Shown here: in pieces, positions 25,497 through 39,800 of the stretch
Layout: each line of letters starts with the position of its first letter
Numbering within the stretch: the stretch's first letter is position 1
From: Selaginella moellendorffii
Lineage: Eukaryota > Plantae > Lycopodiophyta
Assembly: GCF_000143415.4 (NCBI RefSeq)
Contig: NW_003314393.1
Span: forward strand, 322,169-386,168
Direction of reading: 5' to 3'
DNA length: 64,000 bases
Position numbers and translations under genes: made by a program
Notes under the pieces: model-generated
What the model saw: only the letters and a program-made list of their open reading frames with translations
What the model was told of the DNA's origin: nothing
Database searches by the model: none

Positions 25497-28400
25497 TGTA
25501 AGCCACAAATTTTTTGTTTCCAATTTGCCAGCTTAACTCATCTATCCGACCAACACTGCCTTCAAAACTTCGCCAAATGCAAAGTCCAAAACATTCATTT
25601 TTACCTCAAAGTCTTTACCAAAGTTTGTTAATGTCAACATGGGAGTTTTCCTCAACTTCTTTTTGAGGTGGACAAATGCCGCCTTACATTCCACTGTCCA
25701 TACAATCTTCTCTTTACCCATTTAGTCTGTTAAAGGTAGAGCTACTCTCAAATAGTGTTTAATAAACTTTCGGTAGTAGTTGCATAACCCCAAGAATGCC
25801 CTAAACTCATTTGCATTTGATAGTTGCTCCCATTCCTGGATCACTTGGACCTTTTCAGGGTCCATCTTGAGCCCGTTTTTGTCCACCACATGCCCAAGAA
25901 ATTTTACCTTTTATTAAGAAAAGTCACATTTGCTCTCTTTAGCATATAGCTTGTGTTCCTTTAGTTTCTCAAACACCTTCGTCAAGTGTTCGGCATGCTC
26001 CTCTAGCATTTTGTTATAAATCAAGATGTCATCAATATAGACGACCACAAAATGATCCAGATAGGGTACAAAGATGTGATTCATCAATACCGAAAACGTT
26101 GCCGGCGCATTGCACAGTCCAAAGGGCATCACCAGAAATTCAAAGCTTTTATACCTTGTCCAATAAGTTGTCTTCTAAACATCTTCCTCTGTTACCCTGA
26201 TCTAGTAGTATCCTGACCTTAGATCAATCTTCGAGAAGTATTTTGCCTTTCCCAATCTATCAAATAAGTCCTCAATCCTTGGCAAAGGGTATTTATTCTT
26301 CTTTGTTTACTTGTTAAGCAACCAATAGTCTATGCACATGCATATAGAACCATCTTTCTTTTTCACATATAACACTGGCGCCTTATATGACGATTTGCTC
26401 AACCTAGCATGCCTTTTGTCTACCAACTCTTCTACTTGGCACTTGAGCTCCTCGAGTTCCTTTTCGTTCAAACAATAGGGTGGACACACCATTGCCTTAG
26501 CACCCTTGATCAGCTCAATCTTATATTCTATCAGTCGTGTAGGGGGTAACCCCACCAATAGCTCCTCCGGCATGGTATCTTGGAATTGGTCCAACACCCA
26601 CTAAATCACTAAAGGTGCTTCTTCCATTCCTGTCTTTTTATCACTCTTCACCGAGAATAAGCACAAAAATGCTACCTTGGTTCCTTTAGTGAGTTGCCCT
26701 CTCGTGAACACCAAGTTTAGGTAGGAATCTTTGGCCTTGCATCGCCTTACCTTTAGATCCTGGGGCTCCACCTTGGATCTTGCTCCCTAGGCATTCACCA
26801 GTACCACAAGGTTCCTACCTTGTCCATGCAGGGCTACCATAAACTGATTGAACCAATCCATCCCAAAGATTACGTCAAATTCTGCCATGTCCAACACGGT
26901 GAAATCCATGTCTACTTTCCATGTCCATACATCGACTCATGCTTGTCGAAGTACCTCATTGGTGCTTTGGCTACCTTGAACAAACTCTGGTTCACCAAGC
27001 CGCTGCACCGTTAGTCCGGTTTGCCAAACTATATCTGCAACCATAAAATTATCCGAAACACTTTTGTCAATAAGGATCTTAACAAAGCTATCTCCGAGCT
27101 TCCCTTAGAGGACTAGTAGATGTTGTAAATAACTCTTTACCAAAGTTTTTCGTGTAATGAGTAACTGTAAGCTAAGCATTGGATCATGTACCTCAATTTG
27201 AATTTCACCCGACTTAATGGCTATATTGGATCTAGCCTTCCTCGGGTAGGGACATTCCCTTGAAAAGTGTCCCACTTCACCACAGTTATAGCATACATTG
27301 TTTCCCACATTGCTAGCAGACTTGACTTTTTTATCCGTGGGTTTGTCTCTTTTTGCTTGACTCCCCTATGTATTTGCTTGCTGACCACCGAATCTACCTT
27401 TCTGGAACCCCGAGGACTCATTCTTAGAAAAACTCTTCTTGAATTTCCCTTTGCCATATGTTCCTCTTGGTTTGGCCTGTTTGTTAAACGTGGACCCCTA
27501 CCCCGTCTTGTTCCCCTTTCGCAGGTTACCATTGAAATGTACTTTGATAGCCGCATCCAACACTTCCTTGTAGTTGGTCGGGCTCCTATGCATCACTTCA
27601 CCGTGAGCCCAGGTTTGCAAGCATGATATAAAAGCATGGAATGCATCCATATCACCTATATCTGTGACAAGTATCCTCTTTACCATAAACCCATTCTCAT
27701 ACTCTTGAATGGTTCCGGTCTGTTTCAGCCTACTCAACTCATCCCTTAGGTGTAGAGTAGCATTCGGAGGAATGTAAGTCGTGCGGATCCTCGCTTTCAT
27801 CATTTCCCAAGTGGCCACCAGTCCTTCATTGGCCTCTGTTGTTCTTCACCAAGACTTGGCATTATTTGCTAAGTATGGTTTTGCATATGGAACCTTCTCC
27901 GATCTTGGTAACTATAACGCTCGGAAGTAGTCTTCCATATTGTAAAACTAATCCTTCACCACCTTATAGTCATTCACTCCCTTGAAGACCGGTGGGGGCT
28001 TTGGTTTATACTTGGGAACTGCTTGAGGGACTGATTCTACTTCGGTCCGTTCGACCTTGTTTGGTTCTTTCTCAGACCCTGCCGAAGGGTCCACACCTTC
28101 TGCGCTGCCAATATTCGCAATCTTTCACTTTTTCTACCGCTTTATGTCACACTTTAGCTTGTGTACGACAGTCTCCAGCAGGGCATTGGTTTGTGCCAAT
28201 TGTCTTTCTAGAACATCCAATTAAGCCTTGAATGACCGAACCTCGCCACTAGACTCCTGTTTGGAAGTTTCCTCATTGGAGTCTTCCTCATGCAAGGATT
28301 CCTCATCCATAGCTTTTTGTTCAACTGAAGGCTCTAGCTCTGGAGGAGGTTCCATCTCTGCCTTGGTTCGTATACGCCCTGCCTTTGCCATCTTCCAACA

Positions 28401-29667
28401 ATCCATCTTTATCCTTCGCTAAAACTAAGGAAAAGGCTCTGATACCAAATTGTAAGCCACAAATTTTTCATTCCCAATTTGCAAGTTTACCTCGTCTATC
28501 CGACCAACACTGCCTTGGCTTTAGCTAAGTTCCCTCACCAAGGTTCCTGCCTATTGTACTAACTCCTACTTAGAACTATTTGGGTTCAACTACTCACTGC
28601 ACGAGCAACAGACTGTTAGCCATCCATCCACAGATTCCCAAATCTCTCCCAATCCCCCTCCCTAGGTTAGACTGGACTTAAGGTTCGGCTACACTCCCCG
28701 CAAGCACAAGCAGCCAAACACACCAAGCCTCCAGGTTCCTAACATCCCTTAGTACAACAAGACTTGATTATAGGACCCTCTAAATCCCAAGCCTTGGGTG
28801 CAACACTTGCCTCAGGACACTGGGGCGAAACACCATGGCCTAACGGCCCAGTATGGGTACCTCTACCCCTCCACTTCCATCCCAAAGGGAAGGCCCAACC
28901 CCTAGGAAGGGCAAGGAATAATGAGCCGCAAGGTACTCAGTGTGGGGCACCACTCCACATGAGCCGGGAGCACCACAGTTGGTTTCCCTTCCGAGAGTGG
29001 GAGCTACTTTTGAGCACTTCCTTGGGTGGCCCCTCCGGCACCACCCAAGTCCATGCTCACTCCCCTCGGCCCCAGTCTCGACCTCAAGTCAGTTTGGAAG
29101 CACTACTAGAAAGTTCCTTCAAGACTGGTTCCTGAACCTCACTATCCCTACTATATTTTTGGAACCCTCTGCAGCCCCCCCCCCCCCCCGGGAGACACAT
29201 GCTTTGAGCTATCACCCCTTGACCTATATTAGTACTCAGACTTGGACTCGGTTTTGGACTCGATCTTGGACTCGACCTCAGACGGGCATATGGGACATCG
29301 TTGTGTAACCGAGATGCCCAGAGATGCAACGTGATGTTATCTGGTATGTGTATAGCTATGTTTGGTGCCAAGCCCATAATACTCCCTCTTGTGCCTCGGA
29401 AGGACAGTTGGAGTCAATTGCAATTTCCCGAGTTCGGACTCGGTCTCGGACCTGATCTTGGATCTTGGACTCTGTCTCGAACTCGGTCTCAAACTCGGTC
29501 TTGAAGTCGGCCTTGGATTTGATCCCGGACTCTATCTTGAACTCAGTCTCAAAGTCAGTCTTGGACTCGATCTCAGACTCGATCCCATCCGATGAACTCT
29601 TTATCTTTTTAGTCATGCCTTTGGGGATCCTTTAGCCTACAACACTTCAGGGAGTTGGTTCCTTACA
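25497..29667 (-). mobile_element. Ty3/Gypsy element with 5' LTR 28451-29667, tRNA-iMet PBS, gag-PR-RT, and an internal deletion leaving ~65 bp of the 3' LTR
   Basis: TTAAC TSD at 25492-25496 and 29668-29672. PBS reverse complement GCTCTGATACCA. Gag knuckle [29 protein letters not shown] and YIDD. Confidence 0.9.
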
Positions 29668-30129
29668 TTAACATATTGTGAGGGCCAAGTGTACGGCTAC
29701 GATGCCGTATACTAATATTAGCGTAATGGGATTTTGGTAGCCATTAGATTGGTTTCAATCCAAACCATTTGCTCCTATATATAAGCTAGAAGCTCTATTT
29801 CGTTAAAGTGGGATTTATTCAGTAAAATGGGACTAGGTACAAATTTTCAAGTATTTGAAAATGACGTGAAATTATATGTTTTTTGTCCAGAGGCTAGACA
29901 TATCTGGGGCATGGTGACTAGCGCGGTGACTTTGTGTCCAGACTGAGTCCATCTGGTTGTATAATAAATCTCATTGTTAAGGTAAACAAGCTGAATTTGA
30001 AGCTAAAGAAGAGCGATGGCATGCGCGCACACACTATTTGTTTGTTCATTGAGCATGTGGTGAGCTTTCCAAGATGAACGTCATTCCTATTAGCCAGACA
30101 TATAACTTAATGGTGAGAACATTTAGATA

Positions 30130-30905
30130 TTATTCAATGTTATCTTTTTCTAACGAATCTAATTGTGAAGGTGTAGCAAGAGGCATTGCTAGTCTGGAGA
30201 AGTCATTTAACTCATTTGACCCTTAGTGTATTTTCATGAAACTAAATAACATTCATATTATTAAGGAATTTCTCTAGTACCTTTTTTTTACGACATAGAG
30301 GCTTGCATTTCTTTCAAAGGTGATTTAGTAAAAGGCCTGAGGGCACATGCCATTCTATTTCTCAGACCGGTATTAAGATATACTAGTGCAAAGGGAAAAA
30401 GGTATTTGGTGATCAAGTAAATGGCATGAGGGCACACGCCATTATAAGCCTAAGCGCTAGTGGACACCTCCTTTTTGGTACTCTCAGCGGTACTATCATC
30501 CTTCTCCGGGTCAGTTGTTATTCAATGTTATCTTTTTCTAACGAATCTAATTGTGAAGGTGTAGCAAGAGGCATTGCTAGTCTGGAGAAGTCATTTAACT
30601 CATTTGACCCTTAGTGTATTTTCATGAAACTAAATAACATTCATATTATTAAGGAATTTCTCTAGTACCTTTTTTTTACGACATAGAGGCTTGCATTTCT
30701 TTCAAAGGTGATTTAGTAAAAGGCCTGAGGGCACATGCCATTCTATTTCTCAAACCGGTATTAAGATATACTAGTGCAAAGGGAAAAAGGTATTTGGTGA
30801 TCAAGTAAATGGCATGAGGGCACACGCCATTATAAGTCTAAGCGCTAGTGGACACCTCCTTTTTGGTACTCTCAGCGGTACTATCATCCTTCTCCGGGTC
30901 AGTTG
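30130..30905. repeat. 388-bp near-perfect tandem duplication inside the Sola-like element
   Basis: 30130-30517 is repeated at 30518-30905. Confidence 0.9.
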
Positions 30906-31808
30906 TTTTGCTTTGGATTGTTGTCTCTAACGTTACTGGGGCGTTCTCGATAGTTGTTAATGTTGCCGTTTGTTTAGAAAAATGATCACCTGGAGTATAG
31001 TATGGGGAGTTTGGAAGACTTATATATTCTACATCTTCACCTATCTCCTTCTCCGTCTCCTTTTCTGCCTCACTTACAGATTTTGTGCTTGCCATGAGAA
31101 CGCTCCTCACCCTAAAATATGGAGTTTGTTGTGTTATAAAAGGAAACCAACACACACGCTGCAAGGGAATGATGGTACATAAAGCACGTAAGCCCACAAT
31201 ATGGGTTTATGTGCCATTAATATGGGCCACACGCCATATTATTAGATTTATGCACGTGTGATTGGTAAATGCATATGTCACATCATCTTTGTTTTACCTC
31301 ACACACTATATCAGGCCTAATGAACCATATCACATGTGCGCACATGCTATATATATGGAGAAGTATTATGCAAGGATAGAAAAATTCAATGCATGATTGT
31401 GGAGAGCAATGGCATGAAGCCACATGCTAAATAACATTTTAGAGAAAGAATTAAAATAAAAACATGCAAACAGTACTGAGTGGACCAAGACTTAGAAGTG
31501 CACAATTGAATGAGGTATTTCTAATAAATATTTCACTCACCTCATATAGGAATGGCTACCACTCTCAAATGGCGTATCGCCTCATGCCATCACCTCGCAA
31601 TTTGTTATAACAATCCGATGAATTCATATTCGGCTTGTTCACCTTGAACTTTAAGTAAGATTTGCTAGAACAACTAAGAATTTATACTTGTTATTTGTAT
31701 CATCTCACCTAGGAATGGCGTAAGGCCACATGCCATCACACCTCCTCTGATTTAGATTCGGATTGTTCACCTTGAAATAAAATACATTAGAAACTTAGTA
31801 AAGGAATA

Positions 31809-34015
31809 TTAATGAATCTCACCTTGAACCCGGGTTATGAATGCTCTTGCTGCATCTCTTGCATGGTCTGGCAAGGTGATGGTGGCACTCTGCTTCCGCA
31901 TCCAACCATGCACAACATTATCCACCGATATGCTCATGCTGGGATCCCTTGGATTCAGCACCCATCTCTTTTCTAGGCAATCCTTCGTATATTCGGAACT
32001 TGGCTTGAACCACTCCACAGTTACATTGAAGGAGTTAGTTTCCGCGTCCTCCTTTGCATCAGTGATGCAGTGCCCCACCCATATCATTTGTTTTTTATTA
32101 CTGGGTTTGACAAGCACGACCATTCCTTTGCAGACCTGTACTGGATTGAATGCTGAATCCGGCTTCTTGTTCCTCGGCCCACAATAGTGATCCTCAACAT
32201 CGTTATCTGTCACTGCATTTCCAGAGGACATTGTTCCGCTACTATCTGGTGCTCTGGGTTCTGGCCAAAAGGACTCTTCCAATTCTTCATATACAACTGG
32301 CCCATTTTGGATAGCAGATATAATCTTCTCCCAGTATTCGAGCAAAGGCTTGCACCTCTGAAAATAGGATTCTCCACCAAACACCAACCCCCTCTTCCAG
32401 AAGGCAATATGCTATCTAATCCCGGCCACTATACTTTCCTGGTCTTTGAGTCCATCCGGGTGCATCGGCCGTGGGGAACCCTGAGGAATCATAGGTTCCC
32501 CAGTTATGGGATCTCTCTTGAAGAGTTCAATGCCGTCCACTGGCAGCCACACTGTGTCCCATTCTCTCATCTTGTACCTCATCACTGGAGCACCGTCACG
32601 CATGCTGAAATGAAACTGAAGAGGCTTGGAGTGGCCAATCAGCGTTTCGGATCCGTCCTTGATGTAGCCTCTTACAAACCCCTTAAAGTCTGGAACCTCT
32701 GTCAGAAGTGCAGCTTCAACAGTGCCTTTGATGCAATTTTGGAATTCATCGTAGAGTTGTGGGAGGGTGAGGACATTGGATCGCCGGAGGGACTCTGCCA
32801 GGTGACTGAACATAGCATCGACGTCTTCATGAGTGTGCCCAACCATGAGAAAGCCAAGTGTAACCGTTTCAAATATGCCTTTGGCAACAAGCATCGCCAA
32901 GTACGCGAAGACGTACATGTTTTTGTTCTCACTGCCAGCATTGTCTGTTTGGAGCAGAAGATGAGGTGGAAGGCCACATCGGCTGCAAGAACTTCCTTGA
33001 GATTTTGCTTCGTTTGGATGAGGCTGTGCATTCACCGGGCGACCAGCCTCGTCGGAATGGCATGAGGCCTCACGTGATAACCCTACAATCTGACGGCCAA
33101 CATATTCACTGGGATGGCATGGGGCCCCACGCGATACTGCAAGCCTTTGCTCCTCCTCCAGCTGAACCCTGTATGGGGTTTGATCGACAAGGGCCTTATG
33201 CAAGGGTTGGCCGTTCAGCTCAGTCTGCGCACTTTGCAGAGACCTTAAGTGTTTTGCTAGGGACGCAATCATCATGTTTGCACCCCCGCCACCCCATAGA
33301 GGTACAAAGAAGTTCCCATAGTTCTGGGCACCATGCCCATGAGCGATTATGCCAAACAAAGACACAGGCAGCTGCATGGATGAAGAGATTGCCTTGGGGG
33401 CAGGATTGAGTCGAGGTAAGCACGTCTTTTTCTGGTCCATTTTGTCGTGGATGATGCAGAGGTAAGAGTCAGGTCTCTCCATGGAGAGAATCCTGTTATG
33501 ATAATATGCAATCCTGCAGCTTCTTTGCTCGATGTTGTGGTCGAGCCGCCTTCTAACCAACGTCTCTCGCTCTTGAGCACTGCAAGAATTCTTCGACAAA
33601 GCCATTTTGATAGTAGTGCACTCGTCACACTTTGAAAAGCTGGAGTACTTTCCTATACTCACATCCCTGAACCTATTGCTCCACAATCTACTAAATCTAG
33701 ATTGGCTCAGCTTCCTGTAGCCATTACTCTGGAGTTCCCGATTCACATCTTCCAATATGGCCCCCTTGGTATACATGGAAGGGAGAACTCGTTGGGTGTC
33801 TCGTGTTCCATCTTCCAAGAGGCGGGTTTTATGTGGTTGCTGCTCGCTACATGTCTTGACAAACCTCTTGAAGATTGCCTCTCCATATACAACATGACCC
33901 CTGGTTTTGTGAGTACCGTCGTTCCCATGGACTGCCTGTTGAACCCTTTGTTCCTCGAACTCAGTTTTGATTCTGTAGAATGTGGTTTGAGGGACTCCAT
34001 AAATGATTCTCCATG
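31809..34015 (-). pseudogene. Sola1-like (DUF7869-type) transposase, N-terminally truncated, one in-frame TAG at 32412-32414
   Basis: WRIIYGVPQTTFY..HGN, CDECTTIK, IIHDKMDQ, LQTDNAGSENKN, FLMVGHTHEDVDAMFS. ORFs 32412-33818 and 31809-32387 are in the same frame. Superfamily label from motif memory. Confidence 0.75.
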
Positions 34016-35156
34016 GGGTTTAAATCCTGATAGTGTGGAGAGTGATGAAATTCCAAGATTATTGTATAGGCGTTGGAGGCAAAAAATAACAGTCTGAGAT
34101 GGCATGTATTTATTTAAAAATGTAACTTATTATGGCATGGGGTTCCATGCCATTGTATTAATATTAAAAGACAATTCTTTGAGAGGATTTGCATTATACT
34201 AGAAGTGTTACAGCATGTTATTGGAAGTTTACGAAGTTGTTTTATTAATAAGGGGAAAGTAAAGATTGAATGGGGACTTGGGCTCCACCTAGACTCGGAG
34301 CAACTGAGCCAATATTAAAAGGATGGAAAGAAATTGGACGACGATAACAAGGAGAAGAGAGAGGTGAAGCAGTGGCAGGGGGAGGAGAAGTGATTGAGTA
34401 GACATTTCCTTGTTTAAAATAAAATGGCATGTGCCTCAATGCAGTTGAATTTTGTTATATTTATATACTATATAAAGGTTTGGAAACCTTATTTTACAAG
34501 TGGGATAATGACAATTCCCACTTTAACGAAATAGAGCTTCTAGGGTTTTTGGGTTAATTAATATGCACATTTTCTGTATTTCTTTTTCATATTCCATGCA
34601 CTCACATTGGTGGAGATAAGGGGCATCTTTGATTGTCCCTAAGGAGTGCTTGGATTTGGGATTTTGGTTTAGATCTAGTTTTTTGCATTGTCTAGATCTA
34701 CCATTTCCTTCTAGCTTTTTGTCATTTCTCTTCTTTTGCTCTTTCTTTTTTATTCATCTTCATGGCAGATCACCAATCTCCTCCTTTGACTCTGGAGTAG
34801 TAGTTGGTATAATTTCTTGATGCTATGTGCTTGCAATTGAACAACCAAACTCAGTTGATAATGGCATTCATGGCACGTGGTATAACTCCTACTGCTGGTG
34901 CCAATCCATTAAACATCAAGTACAATAACCACTGATGGCATAGAATCCTTGTCTAGAAAGTTCACTGATGTTGGAATAAGAAGCTTGTTAGGACTAGGAA
35001 AAGAGAAAAAAAAGGGAGAGGAGCTAAAGAAAGAGTGTTAGCATTAGCCATAAAACTCTCCGGGCAATGAACAACCTTGAAATCATATATTTGAAGCTTT
35101 AAAATCTATCAAACAATACGATTAATCAAATTTTTCCACTTTAATAATGAAGTAAG

Positions 35157-36148
35157 TGTAACATATGTAGTTTTCACTCTTTTCTTTATAGTGATTAACC
35201 ATAAGATAACCATGATGTGGAACTATATGCCATATGTCACATGCCACATGTCCAAAGATAACAAAGCAAAACCTGAGTTTTAAGGCCTTGGGCCACTAAA
35301 TGAATGAACAAAGCTAAACTCCTAAGCATGGAGCCAAAAAGCGAAGGTACTAGTGACTCCTGAGTGTACAACCCAAGGAACGAAGGGACAAGAGCATGGA
35401 ACACCTTAGAATAGTTCTAAAGCATCTAACATCCTAATGCCAAGACCAGCACACCAAACGGAGCTAAACAGAGTTTAGCATTATTTCAACATACTAATGG
35501 CCTAATGTGAGGATATAGGTGCTCCACTAGCTAACATGGCATGGAACTTGGGCTTAGACCCAAGCTAGACATAGAACAAGAACAAGCATACAAGCGAGAG
35601 CTAGACTGTGCCTCAGGTTAATTGGTCATGCCCAATTTACACACTACCCCTACTATACATTTTTAGAACCCCCATAGGCCGCCCTATGAGGAATGCACGC
35701 TTTGGGCTTTCACCCTTAGCCATCCTTAGTACCAAGAGTTAAAATCTGGGACTAACTCATAACTTACTAAATATGGAATAGCGCTAGATTGCAAACTAAC
35801 ACAAGGTGCATGATAGCGAAAGTGTTTAGCAAACACGGTAAGCTATCATTTAGCAATATTAAGGGACTAATCTCAACACGCAAAGGTTTTTGTCAAGCCA
35901 ATGTAAGACAGAACAAAAGAGAATTAAAAGCCAAGTTGAGTATGCTCAACAAGAAACATATAGGGGTTCCTACCTTATATCCATTTTGCTAAATACAAAT
36001 GCTAAGTAAAGTTTATTAACACTTGAACAAAAGGGATTGATAAAGGGTCTAGCAATACCAACCTCCTACTATCATGACAATAAGGAAAGAATATCTAAAA
36101 GGACTAGCTAACAGGTAACTTTTGATACATGCAATCATATTCGCAAAA
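35157..36148 (-). repeat. Older solo LTR family A
   Basis: Reverse complement of 2696-3599 with more decay. Approximate TSD GTAAG/GTAAA. Confidence 0.75.
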
Positions 36149-36849
36149 AGTAAATGTAGCATGACCACTTTTTAATAATGTTCAAGACCTATACAAATAT
36201 GCATGAAGCTTCTCAAAACCCAAAACAGCTATGAAATACTCCTCTCTTATGGAGTAGTTCAAATCTATTTGTTATAATGTATGGCTAATGTATGCAATGT
36301 TGTGCTTTTTTGCTTCAAACATCCCCAAGACTGATATAAAAAGCATCTATACACAAAATAAAAAGTAGAGTGTAGTCAAGATATGCCAAAATTGGAAGAA
36401 TTATTAATAACACTTTAGGATCCAAAATACCCATTTGCAATCCTTAGAATAGATGAAAGATAATGTTGATGACTTCAACAATATTCACAATGGTGGAGTA
36501 TGATTAAAAAAATGATCCACAAATTGATTGAGATACTACTTACACTTTGTCTAGAAATGTTGTACATTATTCGTACACTTTGGAGTAGGAAACTTCAGAA
36601 TAACTATAAATTTATCAAGATCAACTTGCAAATCTTTACCAAAAATATAGTACTTAAGATAAATTGTATCCTTTGACTACTTCAACTTTAAACAAACTTC
36701 CCACTACCAATCCAACACTTTGTATCACAGACATACTCCTCCCATGTCCCCTTCAAGTGGACCAAGATATTATCAATGAAGTTAATAGTCACTTTCAACA
36801 TATCATAAAAAACTTTATCCATCATTTATTGGAAAATTGTTAGAGCATT

Positions 36850-39800
36850 ATTCAAACCAAACACATCACTAAGAACTTGTATAAACAAAATGGTGTACTA
36901 AAAGTAATTTTGAGAACAGATTTATGATAATCTTGTTGTAACACGACATTAATAGCATAGCTAGATGCATCACAATGCACTTCGAAGGGTTTATCAAGAT
37001 CTGAGATTTTGAGAATAAGAACTGTAGTCAAGATCTCCTTCAACTATACAAAACCATGTTGACAAGCTGGTGTCCAATGAAACGGTATTTTACTCTTTGT
37101 TAACTCAGTCAACGGAAGAGCAATTCTTGCAAAATTGCAGACAAACTTGAGATAGTATCCTGCCAAACCAAGAAAGGAATGAATATCTGATATAGTGGTC
37201 AGAACATCCCAAGCCATCACCCTTCCACCTTCTTTGGATCCACCTGAATTACGCCACCACCAACTATATATTCAAGAAAGTTCATGCGTAATTGTCCAAA
37301 AGCACATTTATTTTCCTTAGCATATAATTTGTGTTCACGCAACTTTTGAAACACCAGCTCCAAGTGTTTCAAATGATCCTTCAACATTTCATTAAAGACT
37401 AAAATATTGTTGATATATAGAAAAACAAATGTGTCAAAATAATCTCAAAATATTATATCCATCATTGTGTTGAACGTTGTTGGAGCATTGTATAACCCAG
37501 ATGGCATGACAAGGAATTCATAAGATTTGTATCAAGTCTTAAAGGCTATCTTCTCCACATCTTGATCTACCACCCGTGTCTAATGATACCCAGACCGCAA
37601 ATCAAGTCGCGTGAAATACTTAGCCTTTAAGAGTTGCTCAAACAAGTCATCAATGCGAAACAAAGGATAACTGTTTGTTACTGTGATCTTGTTGAGTGCC
37701 CGATAGTTGATACACATCCTCATAGTTCCATCTTTTTTCATAACAAAAAGGATTGACGCTCTATAAGGTGACTTGCTTAGTCAGATATGACCTTTGTCAA
37801 AAAGCTCTGTGAGTTGTTTCTTGAGTTCAACCATCTCCTTGATGTTTAAATAATATGGATCTTTTGTAGGCAGTTTAGAACCCAGAATGACCTCAATTTG
37901 ATGATCAACCTCACGGCTAAGAGGTAGCCCTGGTGGCAAATCCTTTAAAAAGATATCCTAATTCTTCGCTAACAACTCCAATATTTTCTTTGGTACAGGA
38001 TCAACTCTATCACTAATTCAAATTGAGTCACCAACACCCTTAACTTCCATCACTTGAACCCAAAAGGTCCAATATCCCTTTTTAACTATTTTTTGAGCAA
38101 CTCTCGCAATTAAGAACTTAGCATCTCAATCCTTTGAGGAGTGCTTTTGCAACTGGAAGGACACATCGGGACATCCTTCTGACTTTAATGTGATATGACT
38201 TTGTCCAGCACCATAAATCCCTTTAATATATTTGTTGAAGAAATCCATACCAAACACCATCTAAAAATCTGGTATCTTCAACACTACCAAGCCCACTCTT
38301 TCTTTTCACTTGGATATTTTTATTGGAACATCATTCAAAAATTTTCTAGCTACTGGCCCACCTTTTGCAAATTGAAAGTGTATGGGCGATATTTGCTCCA
38401 CATTCAATCCTAAGAATTTAACCAAGTCTTTGGATATCACACTATGCGTAGCTCTCATGTCAATTATCACTAAAATTCGGTGTTTGCAGACAAAGCCTAC
38501 CAAATACATCAAAGGATCAGTGTTTGCATTGATAGTGAGAAAAGCTTCAAGAAAGTAACGAAAGTAACTCACCTCCTCTTCCTCATAGTTTGCATTGACC
38601 AACTCGTCAACCCCTTCAGCTTCACCACCACCGTCTTCCTTTATGATATTAACATGAGATCTTGTCTTATGCTTGTTGGGAAATTCCAAGGATCTATGTC
38701 CTAACTGTAAGCGACTAAATTTTCCATTTTACTTTAGTCACTTAACCACACCTCCAACCTCTTGGAGGAGTCTCATTCACAACCTCCATAAGTCTAATTC
38801 AGGACTTGGGACTTGCTAGCCCCGAGAATGGCATCCATGCCACTCAACATTTGCACTTGGTCCAAGTGCTCCACGTGTCCGATCCCATGACCGACACTCA
38901 AAGGTACCACTGACATGGCAACTTGTTACGCTAAGGCCATGCCCCATCACCTTTGCCACATTGGTAGTCCAATACCACTTGCATCACAGTCTTGGCTCTC
39001 CAAGACTAGGCAAACCATCCGTGAGTGGTCATCTCAGATCCACTCCTTAGCATCCTTAGGATGCCCACCGACAAGGGGAATAGCCTTCCCCAATATCCCT
39101 CTGTCAGTCCCCACTAAGTCCCTTTCTGCCCTTGGCCGTGTTTGCCAACACTACCACTGGATCGAGGCTCACAGGCCCGACCACTAAGTCCCACGGTCCT
39201 CTGGGACTTCCTCACCACACGACTGCGTCCTTGGTCATTGCCCCAGAGGACTGCTCCTCTTCCTTTCCACAATCTGGGCCTTTGGGACAACATTTCGGAA
39301 CACCATGGCCTTATGCGAGCCACCTGGGTACTCTCCCTGCCTTCCGCCCTTGGGTGCTCTAGCCATGGGCTTAGAGCGAGGTTCCGTTGAGCCACGCCTG
39401 GTATCCAAGTAGGTAGTGCCACCCACACTTGGACTGGGAGCATCGGCCAGTCGATCTCCTGGGGGAACTAGAGCCGGCTCTTGAACACTTCACCAAGCTA
39501 CCCCGCTTGTCGGTCCGTGTTCACTCTAGTGGTGGACTTCCCAGTGGTCAGCTCATCACCCAACACTGGGTCTGGCCTTCCTGGGCCAAACTGGCTCCAC
39601 TGGGCTCCAACCCCACACTCTCCCTATACTTTTGGAACCCCCCCCCCCCGGGGGACGATCGCTTTGGGCTTTCACCCAACTGCCTGTATTAGTATTCGGA
39701 CTCGGACTCGGGCTCGAACTCGGACTCGGACTCGGTCTCGGTCCCAGTTTCAGACTCGGACTCGGTCTCGGTCTCGGCTTCGACCTTGGTCTCGGTCTCG

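Larger units (their letters stand above)
29790..34539. mobile_element. Sola-like DNA transposon, internally deleted copy 1
   Basis: 24-bp TIR AAGCTCTATTTCGTTAAAGTGGGA. CTAG TSD at 29786-29789 and 34540-34543. Empty paralogous site near 49822. Confidence 0.85.
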
